NCBI RefSeq assembly: GCF_004010195.1
Contig: NC_057717.1
Location: 74,233,490-74,297,489, forward strand
Length of the DNA: 64,000 bases
Reading direction: 5' to 3'
DNA from: Chiloscyllium plagiosum
Lineage: Eukaryota
Shown piece by piece: positions 39,613 through 52,973 of the stretch. The notes below the pieces were generated by a model, which was not told the DNA's origin, made no database searches, and saw nothing but the letters and a program-made list of their open reading frames with translations. The position numbers and the translations under genes were made by a program. Every line of letters begins with the position of its first letter. Position 1 is the first letter of the stretch.

Positions 39613-39980
39613 CAAGGTGTGTGTTTATGGCATGGTGCTCTATTGGGGCGTTTTACTAGTAGTAGGTATTTTATCTATTATTCAGTTAAGTTTTCCAGCA
39701 GTAGTTATTTTTCTAAATTCTTCTTTCTTTTGTTTGCAATTTAAGAAATATTTCAAATCAATTGTGTTGCTTAGCGATGATTAGTTTGATAATTCACAAG
39801 GTGTGTGTTTATGGCATGGTGCTCTATTGGGGCGTTTTATTAGTAGTAGGTATTTTATCTATTATTCAGTTAAGTTTTCCAGCAGTAGTTATTGTTCTAA
39901 ATTCTTCTTTCTTTTGTTTGCAATTTAAGAAATATTTCAAATCAGTTGTGTTGCTTAGCGATGATTAGTTTGATAATTCA
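39613..39980. repeat. 184-bp tandem duplication inside the Gypsy 3' LTR
   Basis: 39613-39796 and 39797-39980 are near-identical. Confidence 0.9.
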
Positions 39981-40639
39981 CATCATATCTGGAACAGGCA
40001 TTCCACATCTATTTTTAAAATAAGAAAGGGTTGGATGTGTGCTACATTCTTTAAATATTTGTGGGAATCTCGTCTGGTCCATAACATAAGGCATCAAGAT
40101 ACAAAATGAAAATATCAAATTCTGTAATAGCGTAAAAAATAAGTACCACGACAAGCGAGAATTAGTTTTATTCAGCTCAACATCTCCAGGAGGCATGAAA
40201 TCACCCTTGTGATCTCCCAACAGTAAAGACAATACAAATTAATATTCTTCATGACAGCATATGTGCGGGTGTTCAGAGAGTCATTAAAGTAGATTGAGCT
40301 AATGTTAACAATAAAGATTTATGTTACATTGATGAAATGTCAGTCTGGGTGATGCAAACTGGATCCCTGATGAGTATATATGAGAAAACTTAATGATGGG
40401 CAGCTAATTTAATGTTATTAATTCATGCAATTACGATGTCGATTATTGTGGCAGCTTATATCCCCATGTCAAGTTGCTACTGAAAAAAAGATGGTGGATA
40501 GGAACAGATCCGACTTGCACCTTGTTCTTTATCTCAATTACAGATCTCACTGATAACCCATTGGCATGCAGACAAGCCAACTTTCATAGTGCAAATACTG
40601 CATAAAATGAATTAATTATGATCAACTCATTGGTGTAGT

Positions 40640-41552
40640 TTTTTTTTCAAATTGTTGAATGTAATGAAGAATTCGATGAAAGGAATATCTAAACATAGTC
40701 ATCAATTTTTCTCTGAACCTTTTCTAGATTGCAGCATAGATCAGAGTATTTGTGCAGCAACTCAGGAGCTGCAGCATGAAGCACAATTTCATCATAAGTT
40801 GATCTATATGTACAGACTGGAACCATAACTTATACATATCGTACCATATCCAGTCAACCAGTAACATTGCCCGTAACAAAATGAAAGTTAACGAGATAAC
40901 AAGCAGAAGTATGATGGATTTCTTACTATTCTCCATCTCTGCATCTTTGGGGTTCTCCCAGAGCTGTGAACACGGAGTCTCCTGCAGGATTTGGTCATAA
41001 CTAAATTTTATCTCATAGTGACAGCATTGAGCAGCAGTATTAGGATAAGTGGGATACCCGGAGTTAGAATGTTGTGGAGGAACCCTAATATTACCCAGAG
41101 AGGAGACACTGCAATGGCTTTTGCGACAACACAAAACCAGGGTAGGTTCTACATAAAATACTCACCTGTGAATATAAAATGCAGAAAATATTCTTCAAAC
41201 AGCTCATCCCAGTCACTATCCCCAGAACCATAGCAACTGTTTTCTCACCACAGTATGTATGCTTCAGATTTGGGCAACAAATGGACACAGACACAAATCG
41301 ATCAAATTTCAAAGTAATGGTGAACCAGACTGAGCAATCAGTGACTGGATAAAGCAAAACAGCATGAATACTATACACAGATATAGAGAATGAAATGAAT
41401 TTTTTTTCCATAAACATTTGGAATATGTCTCAATATCAAATCGATATTAATGATTGATAGATCAGCGCCAATCATCGCCAGCAGGTAATGAGTCACACAA
41501 TTCGACAGACCACATTTCGAGCATAAAAGGATGACAATCGTTAATACATTAA
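40640..41552 (-). pseudogene. GPR139-like rhodopsin-family GPCR pseudogene (main exon)
   Basis: Acceptor cttcatcttcgcag then VNVLTIVILLCSKCGLSNCVTHYLLAMIGADL..., SVWFTITLKFDRFV..ICC, KKSIILLLVISLTFILL, MLQLLSCCTNTLIYAA; split across three frames with stops. Confidence 0.8.
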
Positions 41553-41589
41553 CTGCGAAGATGAAGTAAACAGTGGAATTAAAAGCAAG

Positions 41590-44255
41590 ATGTGAGAAAA
41601 AATAGGCAAGGTATATTGAGGACGCATTGATATTTTCACAGGTGTTTTGCAGTCAATTCTTTTTTAATAATCTAACAGTACAAATAGAAATGACTAAATT
41701 AATTCAACAGTCGAAATGGAATGCACAAATTAAAATATATTACCAAAAACACAGGCATACCGACCTATCAAAAGATTAGTTTAGAAAATCATTCCATATG
41801 TTACCGAAGAATATTAAAATCAAATGCTTAAATGTTCTATTTTGCTGATTGCAGACTTAGGTGGAAAATCAACTATTTGAAACTGCAGTTGTGGAATGAA
41901 TTGTGGAGGCATTGTGGCTCAGTGGTTACCAATGCTGCCGCACAGTATGGCGGTTCTGCGTTCGTTTCCAGCTTCGGATGATTGTCTCTGTGCAGTTTGC
42001 ACATTGTCCCCATATCTGCGTTTGCTCTGGTTTCCTCCCACAATCCAAAGACGTGCAGGTTAGGTTGGTTGGCCATGCTATAGTGTGCAGGCTAGCTTCA
42101 TCAGCTGTGGGAAATGCAAAGATAGCGTGATGGAGTTACGTTTGGGAGGTGTGGACTCTATGGGCCAAATCTTCTGCTTCCGCATTGTAGGGATTCTATG
42201 ATCTACTCGTGAACTTAATGAAACACATTGCAAGTTCTGTTTCCATGCTTCTTCAGCGTAATCTTCTTGCAGACTGGCATGCACCATTGTGTGTACTGTA
42301 TATACAAAGTAAGATTGGGCAGGAAACAAGTAGTTGATTTCTTTCTTTTCGTCAAAGTGTGGTTAATACAGTCCATAGGCTTCAAAACGCTATCTCATTG
42401 ACTGATTGGAAGTTGAACAACTTGTGAGTATTGGCAGAAACCTCAGGATGTTCAATATTTGCCCATTTCTCTCCAGTAAAATGGGTAAAGACAAAAACAG
42501 CGAGCTTTCTTTCTTTATCCGGCATTGCATGTTGTAGCTATAACTAGTAACTAAAAATAATGTAGTTAAATCGCATCCTACAAAGGAGTGAAAAGAATAT
42601 GGAGTTGTGAAATTAAAGAATAACAAGTCATGGCAGTGAACTGTGAACTGGGACCATTGAACTGCATTCCCATTGACAATGACAACTGCATTACTTTTTA
42701 GTCTTTCCTCTCTGTATGCATGCCGAAGCGAAATGTAGAATGCAAGTATAAAACCTGATCCTTTTCTTTTCTCATTCTCTCTCTACCTAATATGAGTTGG
42801 AAGTTAAATTGGGGAAGTTTATGTGAATTGAGAAAATCGTAAAACTGGAAACAATTCCAAAATGGAAGAATTCGATTTCCACGAAGCCAGACAAGTATTG
42901 TGTGAAAGAAGTTGCAGGCTTATCCGGGCTGCATCATGCAATATACTTAACAAGAATGATCGTCGGTTACCAGTACCATAGGTGAATAAAAACCCAGATT
43001 CTGACCTGCATTTAAGAAATTGCACTACAAATTGCAACGGATTCATTGTATGTGGCGGATTTGCCTCTGATAGTCCTTAGTGACCGTTCAAAACCAAAGT
43101 TGTTTGAATTGGCAGCTAAACTAGAGGCAAGATTTAACCAAATTAGGAAGATGCAGATAACACAAATACAAACCCAAAATTCCAGTTTTGGAGAAATACA
43201 AGAGAGATCAGGTACTCTAGGTACTAAAACTAGTAACGTTGACAGTTAGATATGAACATTAGTAGCTGCAATCACGTATGAAGCACTTAGTACGATTGCT
43301 CTCGAAGAGGAATTTGTAAACCTTAAATCATGTAAAAAAACGTTTTGAAGATCAAAATATTGCAAGTAATAGACAGACATCAAAATACTGAGAATTATTT
43401 GCTGGCCCATAAAGCCACCTCAGATCAGAAATGTAATATTGAGTGTGAGATGAAAATTAAAAGTGGAATTGTTTCCTTTGTAACAAGTTGGGTGATATTC
43501 ATCAGAGTGTTTGAGTGGCGAGAAATTTGCCTGAGACTTATCAGTGCATGGAAGAAATAATGCCAAAAGGAAACTCAAAATGAAAATGCCAGAGTCATGT
43601 TTTAGTTTTTCATTTCATTGTGCCTAAGAAACTGGAGGTAATCAAATCAATTAGTGGTTAGGTACTTAAAGGATGAGAGATATGAGGGCGTTTTATATGA
43701 AGGGAATATGAACCTTTGGTTTCTTCAATTGACGCAGCCAAGCCCGTTGGTATACTAAGAGTATAGAACTTTGCTTGCTGGGACAGATTTCAGTTTGGCC
43801 TCCAGAGAATTCAATGAATTTTAAAGTGTTGGGAAGTTAGGAACGACAGTGAGCCGTTCAGCCAGTCGACCTCTCCCTCAATTCAATGGGATTGTAATTG
43901 ACTAAACACTTTAAAGAATTTTTGACATCCCATTGACAAAATCACATGTGTCATTGGCAAAATGAAGTCCACCAATCTTTAACTGAAACATACTCAAAGA
44001 CTGAGTCTCCACAGCCGTTCGTGGTAGACAATCCCAAAGAATCAAGCTCTCCGGAAAACTCGACAGATAACGACACTCCAAGAGTTTAAAAAAAAGCCCT
44101 ATTGATCTGAGGAGTTACAATCACTGTCAACTTACCACTGACATTTACTGTTTCCATTCGCAACAATATTTGCATTTCTAACCATAAATTTCAGTCCCAG
44201 CTCCATCATAAATGCAGAATGCAGCTGAAATAAATGTAATTTCTCTGTAATGCTG
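41590..44255. repeat. Segmental duplication copy B (upstream/intron of the GPCR pseudogene)
   Basis: Colinear with 29410-32148, e.g. catactcaaagactgagtct and gatgagagatatgagggcgtttta occur in both. Confidence 0.88.
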
Positions 44256-45904
44256 AACAGAAAACAAAGATCACATCCTGTGCATGAATATTTCATAATG
44301 GCTATTCCGAAGTGCCTGGCATATAATTAGTTGACTTTATTTTCGTTAATTCCATGTCATTGTTACAGTGATTGATGTGTACCAAATCAATGATCAGGTC
44401 TTCCCTCAGCTGGAGTGTACAGAATGTACACACACACAAATGTTTGAAATGTGAACCCAATGCAGTCCAGGCCAGTTAATTGGATAAAATCTAAATGCCC
44501 TGGAATAAACCAGATACCTGTTTGCCCAGCACAATCTTCACCCATCCCGCTTTGTACCTTCAGTCATCCTTGAAACAAAGAGAGGTGATTGGTTGCTTTC
44601 AGAACAAAAATGCAAGTCGAAAGTGCTGTTATCCCAACAATAGGTATTATAAGCACAGAAAGACTTGGGTCACAAGGTAAACTCAAATTGCACGATTAAA
44701 TTGTTTATTTGAAACTTGAACCAATAGGGCAACAGAATACAGCCTCAGATAGTAATTCAAGCAACTTTACTTCCTTCGCTTATCAACAATACCTTCTAAA
44801 GCAGGGAAACGACCTTAGGATGCCCTTTACTCCTGCTTTCACGTTCAGCATAGAGTGTAGGTCAACTCTCAAACTCTGGCTTCACCCCGCGAAATTTCTT
44901 CTGCTTTCACTTGGTCGGCAGGTTAACATCGCTTTCAAAATTCATGCATGTGCTTCTCACTGAAAGTTGCAGCTTAATATCACTTTTCAAGCAACAGCCT
45001 GCTGTATGTCAATCGCATCATTAATTTTAGATTGCCCTATATTAGGTAGGATGTCTTGCTCATTGGTCTAGGGAACGAATGATTCAAGTCATTCATTTTT
45101 AACAGTGATGGATATTAAACGATGTCACATCTCACTATCTATCGACTCGTTATTAAAGTTGACGATTATTCTAATGGCTTGCTCAAGCAACATGCAAACT
45201 CATCGACATGCCTTTTGCAAGTACGGCCATCTCTTTGAATATTAAAACTTACAAGTACCACACCACTTGAAATTATTTTATTTTTCTATTCTTATGATCT
45301 ATGCAATTAATTTCACATTCTCCACATTGCACTCCATCTCCAACTTTGATCCCTCATCACTTAACCAATCCATATCTCTTTGAACTTCCTGTTATTCTCC
45401 AATCGACTTGTGTTTCCAACCAGCTTTCTTCAAGTCACCAAAATGAAATGCACTGGTCTTTGTCTCAAGATCTTAGCCAATAAAATATATTGTACGTAGA
45501 CCACCGAGCATTGACACTTCCAATGTCATCTTTCGACATAAAATCAGCATTTCTGAAAACACAGAAATCATTCAAACTGCACTGGAGAATCACATAAACG
45601 AATAAGGCTAGTTCTCAAGAATTGGGTTTGAAACCACAACCAGATGACATTGTCATATGCAGAGAATAATGTAGGCCACAATCGGTTGCAGAAACAAGGC
45701 CAGAAGAAGCGAACATGTATGAGTCTCAATCAAACAAGTTGCACTTCTGACAGACTTACGTTTTACAAAACGGTGACGATTAATGTAAAGCAATTGAGTA
45801 AAATTTTGCAGATCGGTTGCATTGGATTAGAAGTCAAGCTACACCCATGTCCATGAATGTTTACATTTTACCATTATAAGAGGTCTACTTAACTTTAATT
45901 CACA

Positions 45905-46470
45905 TAAGAACATAACATAAGAACTCAAGAACTAGGAGCAGGAGTAGGCCGTCTGGCCCTTCGAAACTGCTTTGCCATTTAATAAGATCATGGTTTTATT
46001 TTTGTCAACTTGGATTCATTTACCCGCGCTCTCACCGTACCCCTTAATACCTTCATTGTTCAAAAAAAATCTATCTTAGCTTTAAAAGCGTTTACTGAAG
46101 TAACATCAACTGCTTCACTGGACAAGAAATTTCATAGATTTACAACTATCTGGGTGAAGAAGTTCCTTCTCAGTTCAGTCCAAAATCTGCTCTCTCTAAT
46201 ATTGAAGCTATGCCCTCTTGTCCTAGTTTCACCTGCCAGTAGAAACATCCTCGTTACTTCTATCTTATCTATTCCTTTCACAATTTTATATTTTTCTATA
46301 AAATCCCGCCCCCATTATTGTGAATTCCAATGAATATAATCCCAGTCTAGTCAGTCTCTTCTCATAAACCAACCCCTCAACTCCAGAATCAACAGAGTGA
46401 ACCTCCTCTACATCCTCTCCAGTGCGAGTACATCCTTTCTCAAGTAAGGAGACCAAACTGCACGCAGTAC
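45905..46470 (-). mobile_element. CR1 3' fragment
   Basis: RT C-terminus (YEKRLTRLGLYSLEF) and (cataagaa)n tail. Confidence 0.8.
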
Positions 46471-46939
46471 ACACAAAATATGATGGTGTCATTTGTGTAT
46501 TCAGGCTTCTATTCTGAATGGTCAAAGACAAATTTCGCATTACAAGTGCAGCCTCATTTTAATCAATCCATCTTTGACTGTAACGTTCTTTCATTTTCTT
46601 GACACTATCCAAATACTTCGTTTATCGATGTATTTGTGATTAGATGAAATTATTGATGTTGATAGCTTATGACATACATGAATATATATAAGCATACAAT
46701 GATGCACGGTGAAGCATTATTGCCTCGTTGAATCGATAAATTGAAATTTGTCCAAATAACTAGACACACTCTTTATTCCAGACTTTTGATGAAACAATTG
46801 TTATTTTCGGTCATGTTGCTTTCTGATATGAATAGAATAATTTTGGCTGTATTGGCATAAACATATCAAGACCAGGTCCTCAAAAACATTGTGAAGATAT
46901 GAGACAAGATTGAAAAGTTACATTCACAATATCTTTAAT

Positions 46940-49900
46940 AGAGTGATATGTACTTCTTGTCAGATGTGGGAGTTTAAAGAGAGTTTAAGGGTTACTGCGG
47001 ATTATATCTGCCATAAATGCTGTTGGCTGTGAATCTTATCAGATCGAATGGATCGGTTGGAGAGACAGTTAGAAGCAATGAGCAATTTGCAACAGCAACA
47101 GTATGTGATGTGTGGCAGTTATAGGATGGGGGGAAGTCTCAGATATAGTCACATCGATGGGTTAACTCCAAGAAAGATAGGCAGCTCGTGCAGGGGTCTT
47201 TTGTAGATATACCCATTTCAAACAGGTATGCTGTTTTGGGAAATGTAGGGGGGTGATGGGTTCTCAAAGGAACGTAGCACGAGCAGCCAAGTTTCTAGTA
47301 TTGAGACTGGCTCTAATGCAACGAGGGGTACGTCGGGTTGCAAGAGATCAATTGTAATCGGGAACTCTTTAGTCCGAGGTACAGGCAGGCGTTTCTGTGG
47401 CCAGCTGCGTGGTGTGTTGCTTCCCTGGTGCCAGGATAAAGGATGACTCAGGGTGCAGATTGTTCTCACAGGGGACAGGGGAAAGCAAGAGGTCATTGTC
47501 GACATTGGAATCAATGACATAGGAAGGGAAATGGTTGAGATTTTGAAGGGAGATTACAGAGAGTTAGGCAGAAATTTAAAAAGGAGGTCCTCGAGAGTAG
47601 TAATATCTGGATTACTCCCGGTGCAACGAGCCAGTGAGGGCAGGAATAGAAGGATAGAGCCGATGAATGCATGGCTAAGGAGGTGGTGTATGGGAGAATG
47701 ATTCACATTTTGGATCATTTGAATCTCTTTTGAGGTAGAAGTGACCTGTACAAGAAGGACGGATTGCAGCTAAATTGGAAGGAACTAATATACTGGCAGG
47801 GAGATTTGCTAGAGCTGCTCGAGAGGATTTAAAATAGCGGGGCGGGAGGGGTGGGGGATGGGGACCCAGGGAGATAGTGAGAAAGAGGTCAACTGAGACT
47901 GGTACAGTTGAGAACATAAGCGAGTCAAACAGTCAGGGCAGGCAGGGACAAGGAAGGACAAATAAACTGCATTTATTTCAATGCAAGGGGCCTAACAGGG
48001 AAGGCAGACGAACTCAGGGTATGGTTAGGAACATGGGACTGGGATATCATAGCAATTACAGAAACATGGCTCAGGGATGGGGAGAACTGGCAGTTTAATG
48101 TTCCAGGATACAAATGCTACAGGAAGGATATAAAGGGAGGCAAGAGAGGAGTGGGAGTGGCATTATTGATAGGGGATAGCATTACAGCTGTGCTGAGGGA
48201 GGATATTCCCGGAAAAACATCCAGGGAAGTTATTTGGGTGGAACAGAGAAATAAGAAAGGGATGATAACCTTATTTGGATTGGATTGTATTATAGATCTC
48301 CTAATACTCAGAGAGAAATTGAGAAACAAACTTATAAGAAGGTCTCAGCTATCTTTAAGAATAATAGGTGGTTATGGTAGGGGATTTTAACGTTTCAAAC
48401 ATAGACTGGGACTGCCATAATGTTAAGGTTTAGATAGAGATGAATTTGTTAAGTGTGCACAAGACAATTTTCTGATGCAGTACGTGGATGTACCGACTAC
48501 AGAAGGTGCATACTTGACCTACACTTGGGAAATAAGGCAGGGCAGGTGACTGAGGTGTCAGTGGGGGAGCACTTTGGGGCTAGCGACAATAATTATATTA
48601 GATTTAAAATGGTGATGCAAAAGGATTGACCAGATCTAAACGTTGACGTTCTAATTTGGAGAAAGGGCAATTTTGACGGTATTAGGCAAGAACTTTCGAA
48701 AGCTGATTGGGGACAGATGTTTGCAGGTAAAGGGACGGCTGGAAAATAGGAAGCCTTCAGAAGTGAGATAACAAGAATCCAGAAAAAGTATATTCCTGTT
48801 AGGGTGAAAGGAAAGGCTGGTAGGTATAGGGAATGTTGGATGACTAAAGCAATTGAGGATATGGTTAAGAAAAAGAAGGAAGCATGTGTAAGGTATAGAC
48901 AGGAGAGATCGAGTGAATCCTTAGAAGAGTATAAAGGAGGTAGGAGTATGCTTAAAAGGGAAATCAGGAGGGCAAAAAGGGGACATGAGATACCTTTGGC
49001 AAATAGAATTAAGGAGAATCCAAAGGGTTTTTATAAATACATTAAGGACAAAAGGGTAACTAGGGAGAGAATAGGGTCCCTCAAAGATCAACGAGGTAAA
49101 AACAATGACTGCAGATGCTGGAAACCAGATTCTGGATCAGTGGTGCTGGAAGAGCACAGCAATTCAGGCAGCATCCGAGGACAGGCAAAATCGACGTTTC
49201 GGGCAAAAGCCCTACAACAGGAATAAAGGCAGAGAGCCTGAAACATGGAGAGATAAGCTAGAGGAGGGGGGGGGGGGGGAGAGAGTNNNNNNNNNNNNNN
49301 NNNNNNNNNNNNNNNNNNNNNNNNNNNNNNNNNNNNNNNNNNNNNNNNNNNNNNNNNNNNNNNNNNNNNNNNNNNNNNNNNNNNNNNNNNNNNNNNNNNN
49401 NNNNNNNNNNNNNNNNNNNNNNNNNNNNNNNNNNNNNNNNNNNNNNNNNNNNNNNNNNNNNNNNNNNNNNNNNNNNNNNNNNNNNNNNNNNNNNNNNNNN
49501 NNNNNNNNNNNNNNNNNNNNNNNNNNNNNNNNNNNNNNNNNNNNNNNNNNNNNNNNNNNNNNNNNNNNNNNNNNNNNNNNNNNNNNNNNNNNNNNNNNNN
49601 NNNNNNNNNNNNNNNNNNNNNNNNNNNNNNNNNNNNNNNNNNNNNNNNNNNNNNNNNNNNNNNNNNNNNNNNNNNNNNNNNNNNNNNNNNNNNNNNNNNN
49701 NNNNNNNNNNNNNNNNNNNNNNNNNNNNNNNNNNNNNNNNNNNNNNNNNNNNNNNNNNNNNNNNNNNNNNNNNNNNNNNNNNNNNNNNNNNNNNNNNNNN
49801 NNNNNNNNNNNNNNNNNNNNNNNNNNNNNNNNNNNNNNNNNNNNNNNNNNNNNNNNNNNNNNNNNNNNNNNNNNNNNNNNNNNNNNNNNNNNNNNNNNNN

Positions 49901-52123
49901 NNNNNNNNNNNNNNNNNNNNNNNNNNNNNNNNNNNNNNNNNNNNNNNNNNNNNNNNNNNNNNNNNNNNNNNNNNNNNNNNNNNNNNNNNNNNNNNNNNNN
50001 NNNNNNNNNNNNNNNNNNNNNNNNNNNNNNNNNNNNNNNNNNNNNNNNNNNNNNNNNNNNNNNNNNNNNNNNNNNNNNNNNNNNNNNNNCCGGTAAATTT
50101 AAGGTCAGGGTGGAATGTGTTGGTGAAGTTGATGAATTGCTCACCCTCCTCGCGGGAGCACGAGGTGGCGCCAATGCAGTCATCAATGTAGTGGAGGAAG
50201 AGGTGGGGAGTGGTGCCGGTGTAATTACGGAAGATCAACTGCTCTACGTAGCCAACAAAGAGACAGGCATAGCTGGGGCCCATACGTGTGCCCATGGCTA
50301 CCCCTTTGGTCTGGAGGAAGTGGGAGGATTCAAAGGAGAAATTGTTAAGGGTGAGGATCAGCAAGGCGGTCTTTGTGTGGAGCTGCAGAAAATGGGGAAG
50401 ATACTAAATGAGTATTTTGCATCAGTATTTACTGTGGAAAAGAAGATGGAAGATATAGTCTGTAAGGAAATGAATGATGACATCTTGTAAAATGCCCATA
50501 TTTCAGAGGAGGAAGTGCTGAATGTCTTGAAATGCATAAAGGTGGATAAATCCCCAGGACCTGATCAGGTGCACCCGAGAACTCTGTGGGAAGCTAGGGA
50601 AGCGATTGCTGGGCCTCTTGCTGAGATATTTGCATCATTGATAGCCACAGGTGAGGTGCCGGAAGACTGGAGGTTGGCTAACGTGGTGCCACTGCTTAAG
50701 AAGAGTGGTCAGGACAAGCCAGGGAACTATAGGCCAGTGAGCCTGACGTCGGAAGTGGGCAAGTTGTTGGAGGGAGTCCTGAGGGATAGGATGTACATGT
50801 ATTTGGAAAGGCAAGGACTGATTAGGGATAGTCAACATGGCTTTGTGCGTGGGAAATCATGTCTCACAAACTTGATTGTGTTTTTGAGTAAGTAACAAAG
50901 AAGGATTGATGAGGGCAGAGTAGTAGATGTAATCTATATGGATTTCAGTAAGGCATTCGACAAGATTCCCCATGGAAGACTGACTAGCAAGGTTAGATCT
51001 CATGGAATACAGGGAGAACTAGCCATTAGGATACAGAACTGGCTCAAAAGGTAGCAGACCGAGGGTGGTGGTGGAGGGTTGATTTTCAGACTGGAGGCCT
51101 GTGACCAGTGGAGTGCCACAAGGATCAGTGCTGGGTCCTCTACTTTTTGTCATTTACATAAATGAATTGGATGTGAGCATAAGAGGTACAGTTAGTAAGT
51201 TTGCAGATGACACCAAAATTGGAGGTGGAGTGGACAGCGAAGAGGGTTACCCGAGAGTACAACAGGATCTTGACCAGATGAGCCAATGGGCTGAGAAGTG
51301 GCAGATAGAGTTTAATTCAGATAAATGCGAGGTGCTGCATTTTGGGAAAGCAAATCTTAGCAGGACTTATGCACGTAATAGTAAGGTCCTAGGTAGTGTT
51401 GATGAACAAAAAGACCTTGGAGTGCAGGTTCATAGCTCCTTGAAAGTGAAGTCGCAGGTAGATAGGATAGTGAAGGAGGCGTTTGGTATGCTTTCCTTTA
51501 TTGGTCAGAGTATTAAGTACAGGAGTCGGAGGTCATGGTGTGGCTGAACAGGACATTGATTTGGCCACTGTTGAAGTATTGCGTGCAATTCTGGTCTCCT
51601 TCCGATCGGAAAGATGTTGTGAAACTTGAAAGGGTTCAGAAACGATTTACAAGGAGGTGGTCAAGGTTGGAGGATTTGAGCTATAGGGAGAGGCTGAACA
51701 GGCTGGGGCTGTTTTCCCTGGAGCGTCGGAGGCTAAGGGGACCTTATAGAGGTTTACAAAATTGTGAGGCGCATGGATAGGGTAAATAGGCAAAGTCTTT
51801 TCCCTGGGGTCGGGGAGTCCAGACCTAGAGGGCATAGGTTTAGGGTGAGAGGGGAAAGATATAAAAGAGACCTAGTGGCAACTTTTTCGCACAGAGGGTG
51901 GTACCTGTACGGAATGAGCTGCCAGAGGAAGTGGTGGAGGTTGGTACAATTGCAACATTTAAGAGGAATTTGGATGGGTATATGAATAGGAAAGGTTTGG
52001 AGGGATACGGGCCGTGTGCTGACAGGTGGTACTAGATTGGTTTGGATATCTGGTTGGCATGGACCGGTTGGACCAAAGGATCTGCTTCCATGCTGTACAT
52101 CTCTATGACTCTATGACTCTATA
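46940..52123 (+). mobile_element. Near full-length degenerate CR1 LINE (ORF1 Zn-finger/esterase; ORF2 endonuclease-RT)
   Basis: CQMWEF..ICHKC; VIGNSLVRG/DIGINDI esterase; IAITETW endonuclease; RT ORFs 50515..51547; (ctctatga)n tail. Confidence 0.9.
49097..50355 (-). mobile_element. Penelope-like element nested in CR1 (spans a gap)
   Basis: ILTLNNFSF..FLQTKGVAMGTRMGPSYACLFVG..YIDD; the CR1 frame resumes at ~50356. Confidence 0.85.
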
Positions 52124-52179
52124 AGATTATGATACTTAACAAAATAGGGAACATGGGCTTTTGGAAGGATTGACAAAGT

Positions 52180-52545
52180 ACACAGAGGGACTGATCACTG
52201 TGTGTATATACAGAGTGACTGCTCATGGTGTGTATGTACAGAGGGACTGATCACAGTGTGTGTATACAGAGGGACTGATCACAGTGTCTGTACAGACGGA
52301 CTGATCACAGTGTGTGTACACAGAGGGGCTGATCACAGTGTGTGTATACAGAGGGGCTGATCACAGTATCTGTATACAGAGGGGCTGATCGCAGTGTGTG
52401 TATATACAGAGGGACTGATCAGAGTGCGTATATTCAGAGGGACTGATCACAGTATGTGTCCACAAAAGGACTGATCACAGTATGTGTATACAGATGGGTT
52501 GATCACAGTGTGTGTATACAGAGGGACTGATCACAGTGTGTGTGC
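52180..52545. repeat. Minisatellite, ~30-bp unit acagagggactgatcacagtgtgtgtat, ~12 copies
   Basis: Direct reading of repeated units. Confidence 0.92.
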
Positions 52546-52881
52546 AGGTGTGAGACAAAGTGAGAGATAAGAGGTGTACAAACCTTTATTCAGCTTCCAC
52601 CATCAGGAATAAAGGAAACAGCAGGGTGGCCAGTAGCAACCAGTGCCCTTCCCATCAAAGGCAGTGTTACAGTGATCAAAAATAGGATGGGAAGGGATTA
52701 AATGACAAAGTTTTTCACTGTGCCTTAGTAAACGTGACAATAAATTCAATTCAATCCCATCCTTACACAGTCGTATCACATCAGTACACAGCATCCTCAT
52801 AGGAAGCGTATGAAATGCATCGTTGCAAGAGGCTCTGTCAACAAGCCTATCAACAAAGACGGCATTAATTCGCACGCAGCA

Positions 52882-52973
52882 GGCTCTGTGGTGCGATGGG
52901 TAGCGCGTTGGACTTCTAACCTGAGGTTGTTGAAGGCATTCAAAGGTCGTGGGTTCGAGTCCGACCGGAGTTG
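52882..52973 (+). tRNA. tRNA-Arg(TCT) with 19-nt intron (52919-52937), possibly degenerate
   Basis: GGCTCTGTGGTGCGATGGGTAGCGCGTTGGACTTCTA[intron]ATTCAAAGGTCGTGGGTTCGAGTCCGACCGGAGTTG matches vertebrate Arg-TCT architecture. It has a T-stem G-G mismatch, A14>G and three G-U acceptor pairs. Confidence 0.85.

Larger units (their letters stand above)
32896..40086 (+). mobile_element. Degenerate Gypsy LTR retrotransposon, Gmr1-type domain order (gag-PR-IN-RT-RH)
   Basis: tRNA-Pro-like PBS tggaggctcgttcgggat 33490-33507; integrase ~35150-36250 (HFYWP, MDVLTRFPEAIP, YHPE..RWHQTLKTMLRAY); RT ~36500-37035 (WSSPIV, GYWQVPL, YIDDL); RT/RNase H resumes 38560-39300 (PFEVTTDV, YTDHCPL); LTR-like ends ...ggtctataata and ...ggtccataaca. 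5' boundary uncertain. Confidence 0.8.

Noticed and set aside
49105-50490. Long ORFs (461, 368, 324, 178 aa) in the track
   Set aside because: Artefacts of reading through N gaps; flanks are Penelope/CR1 or intron sequence.
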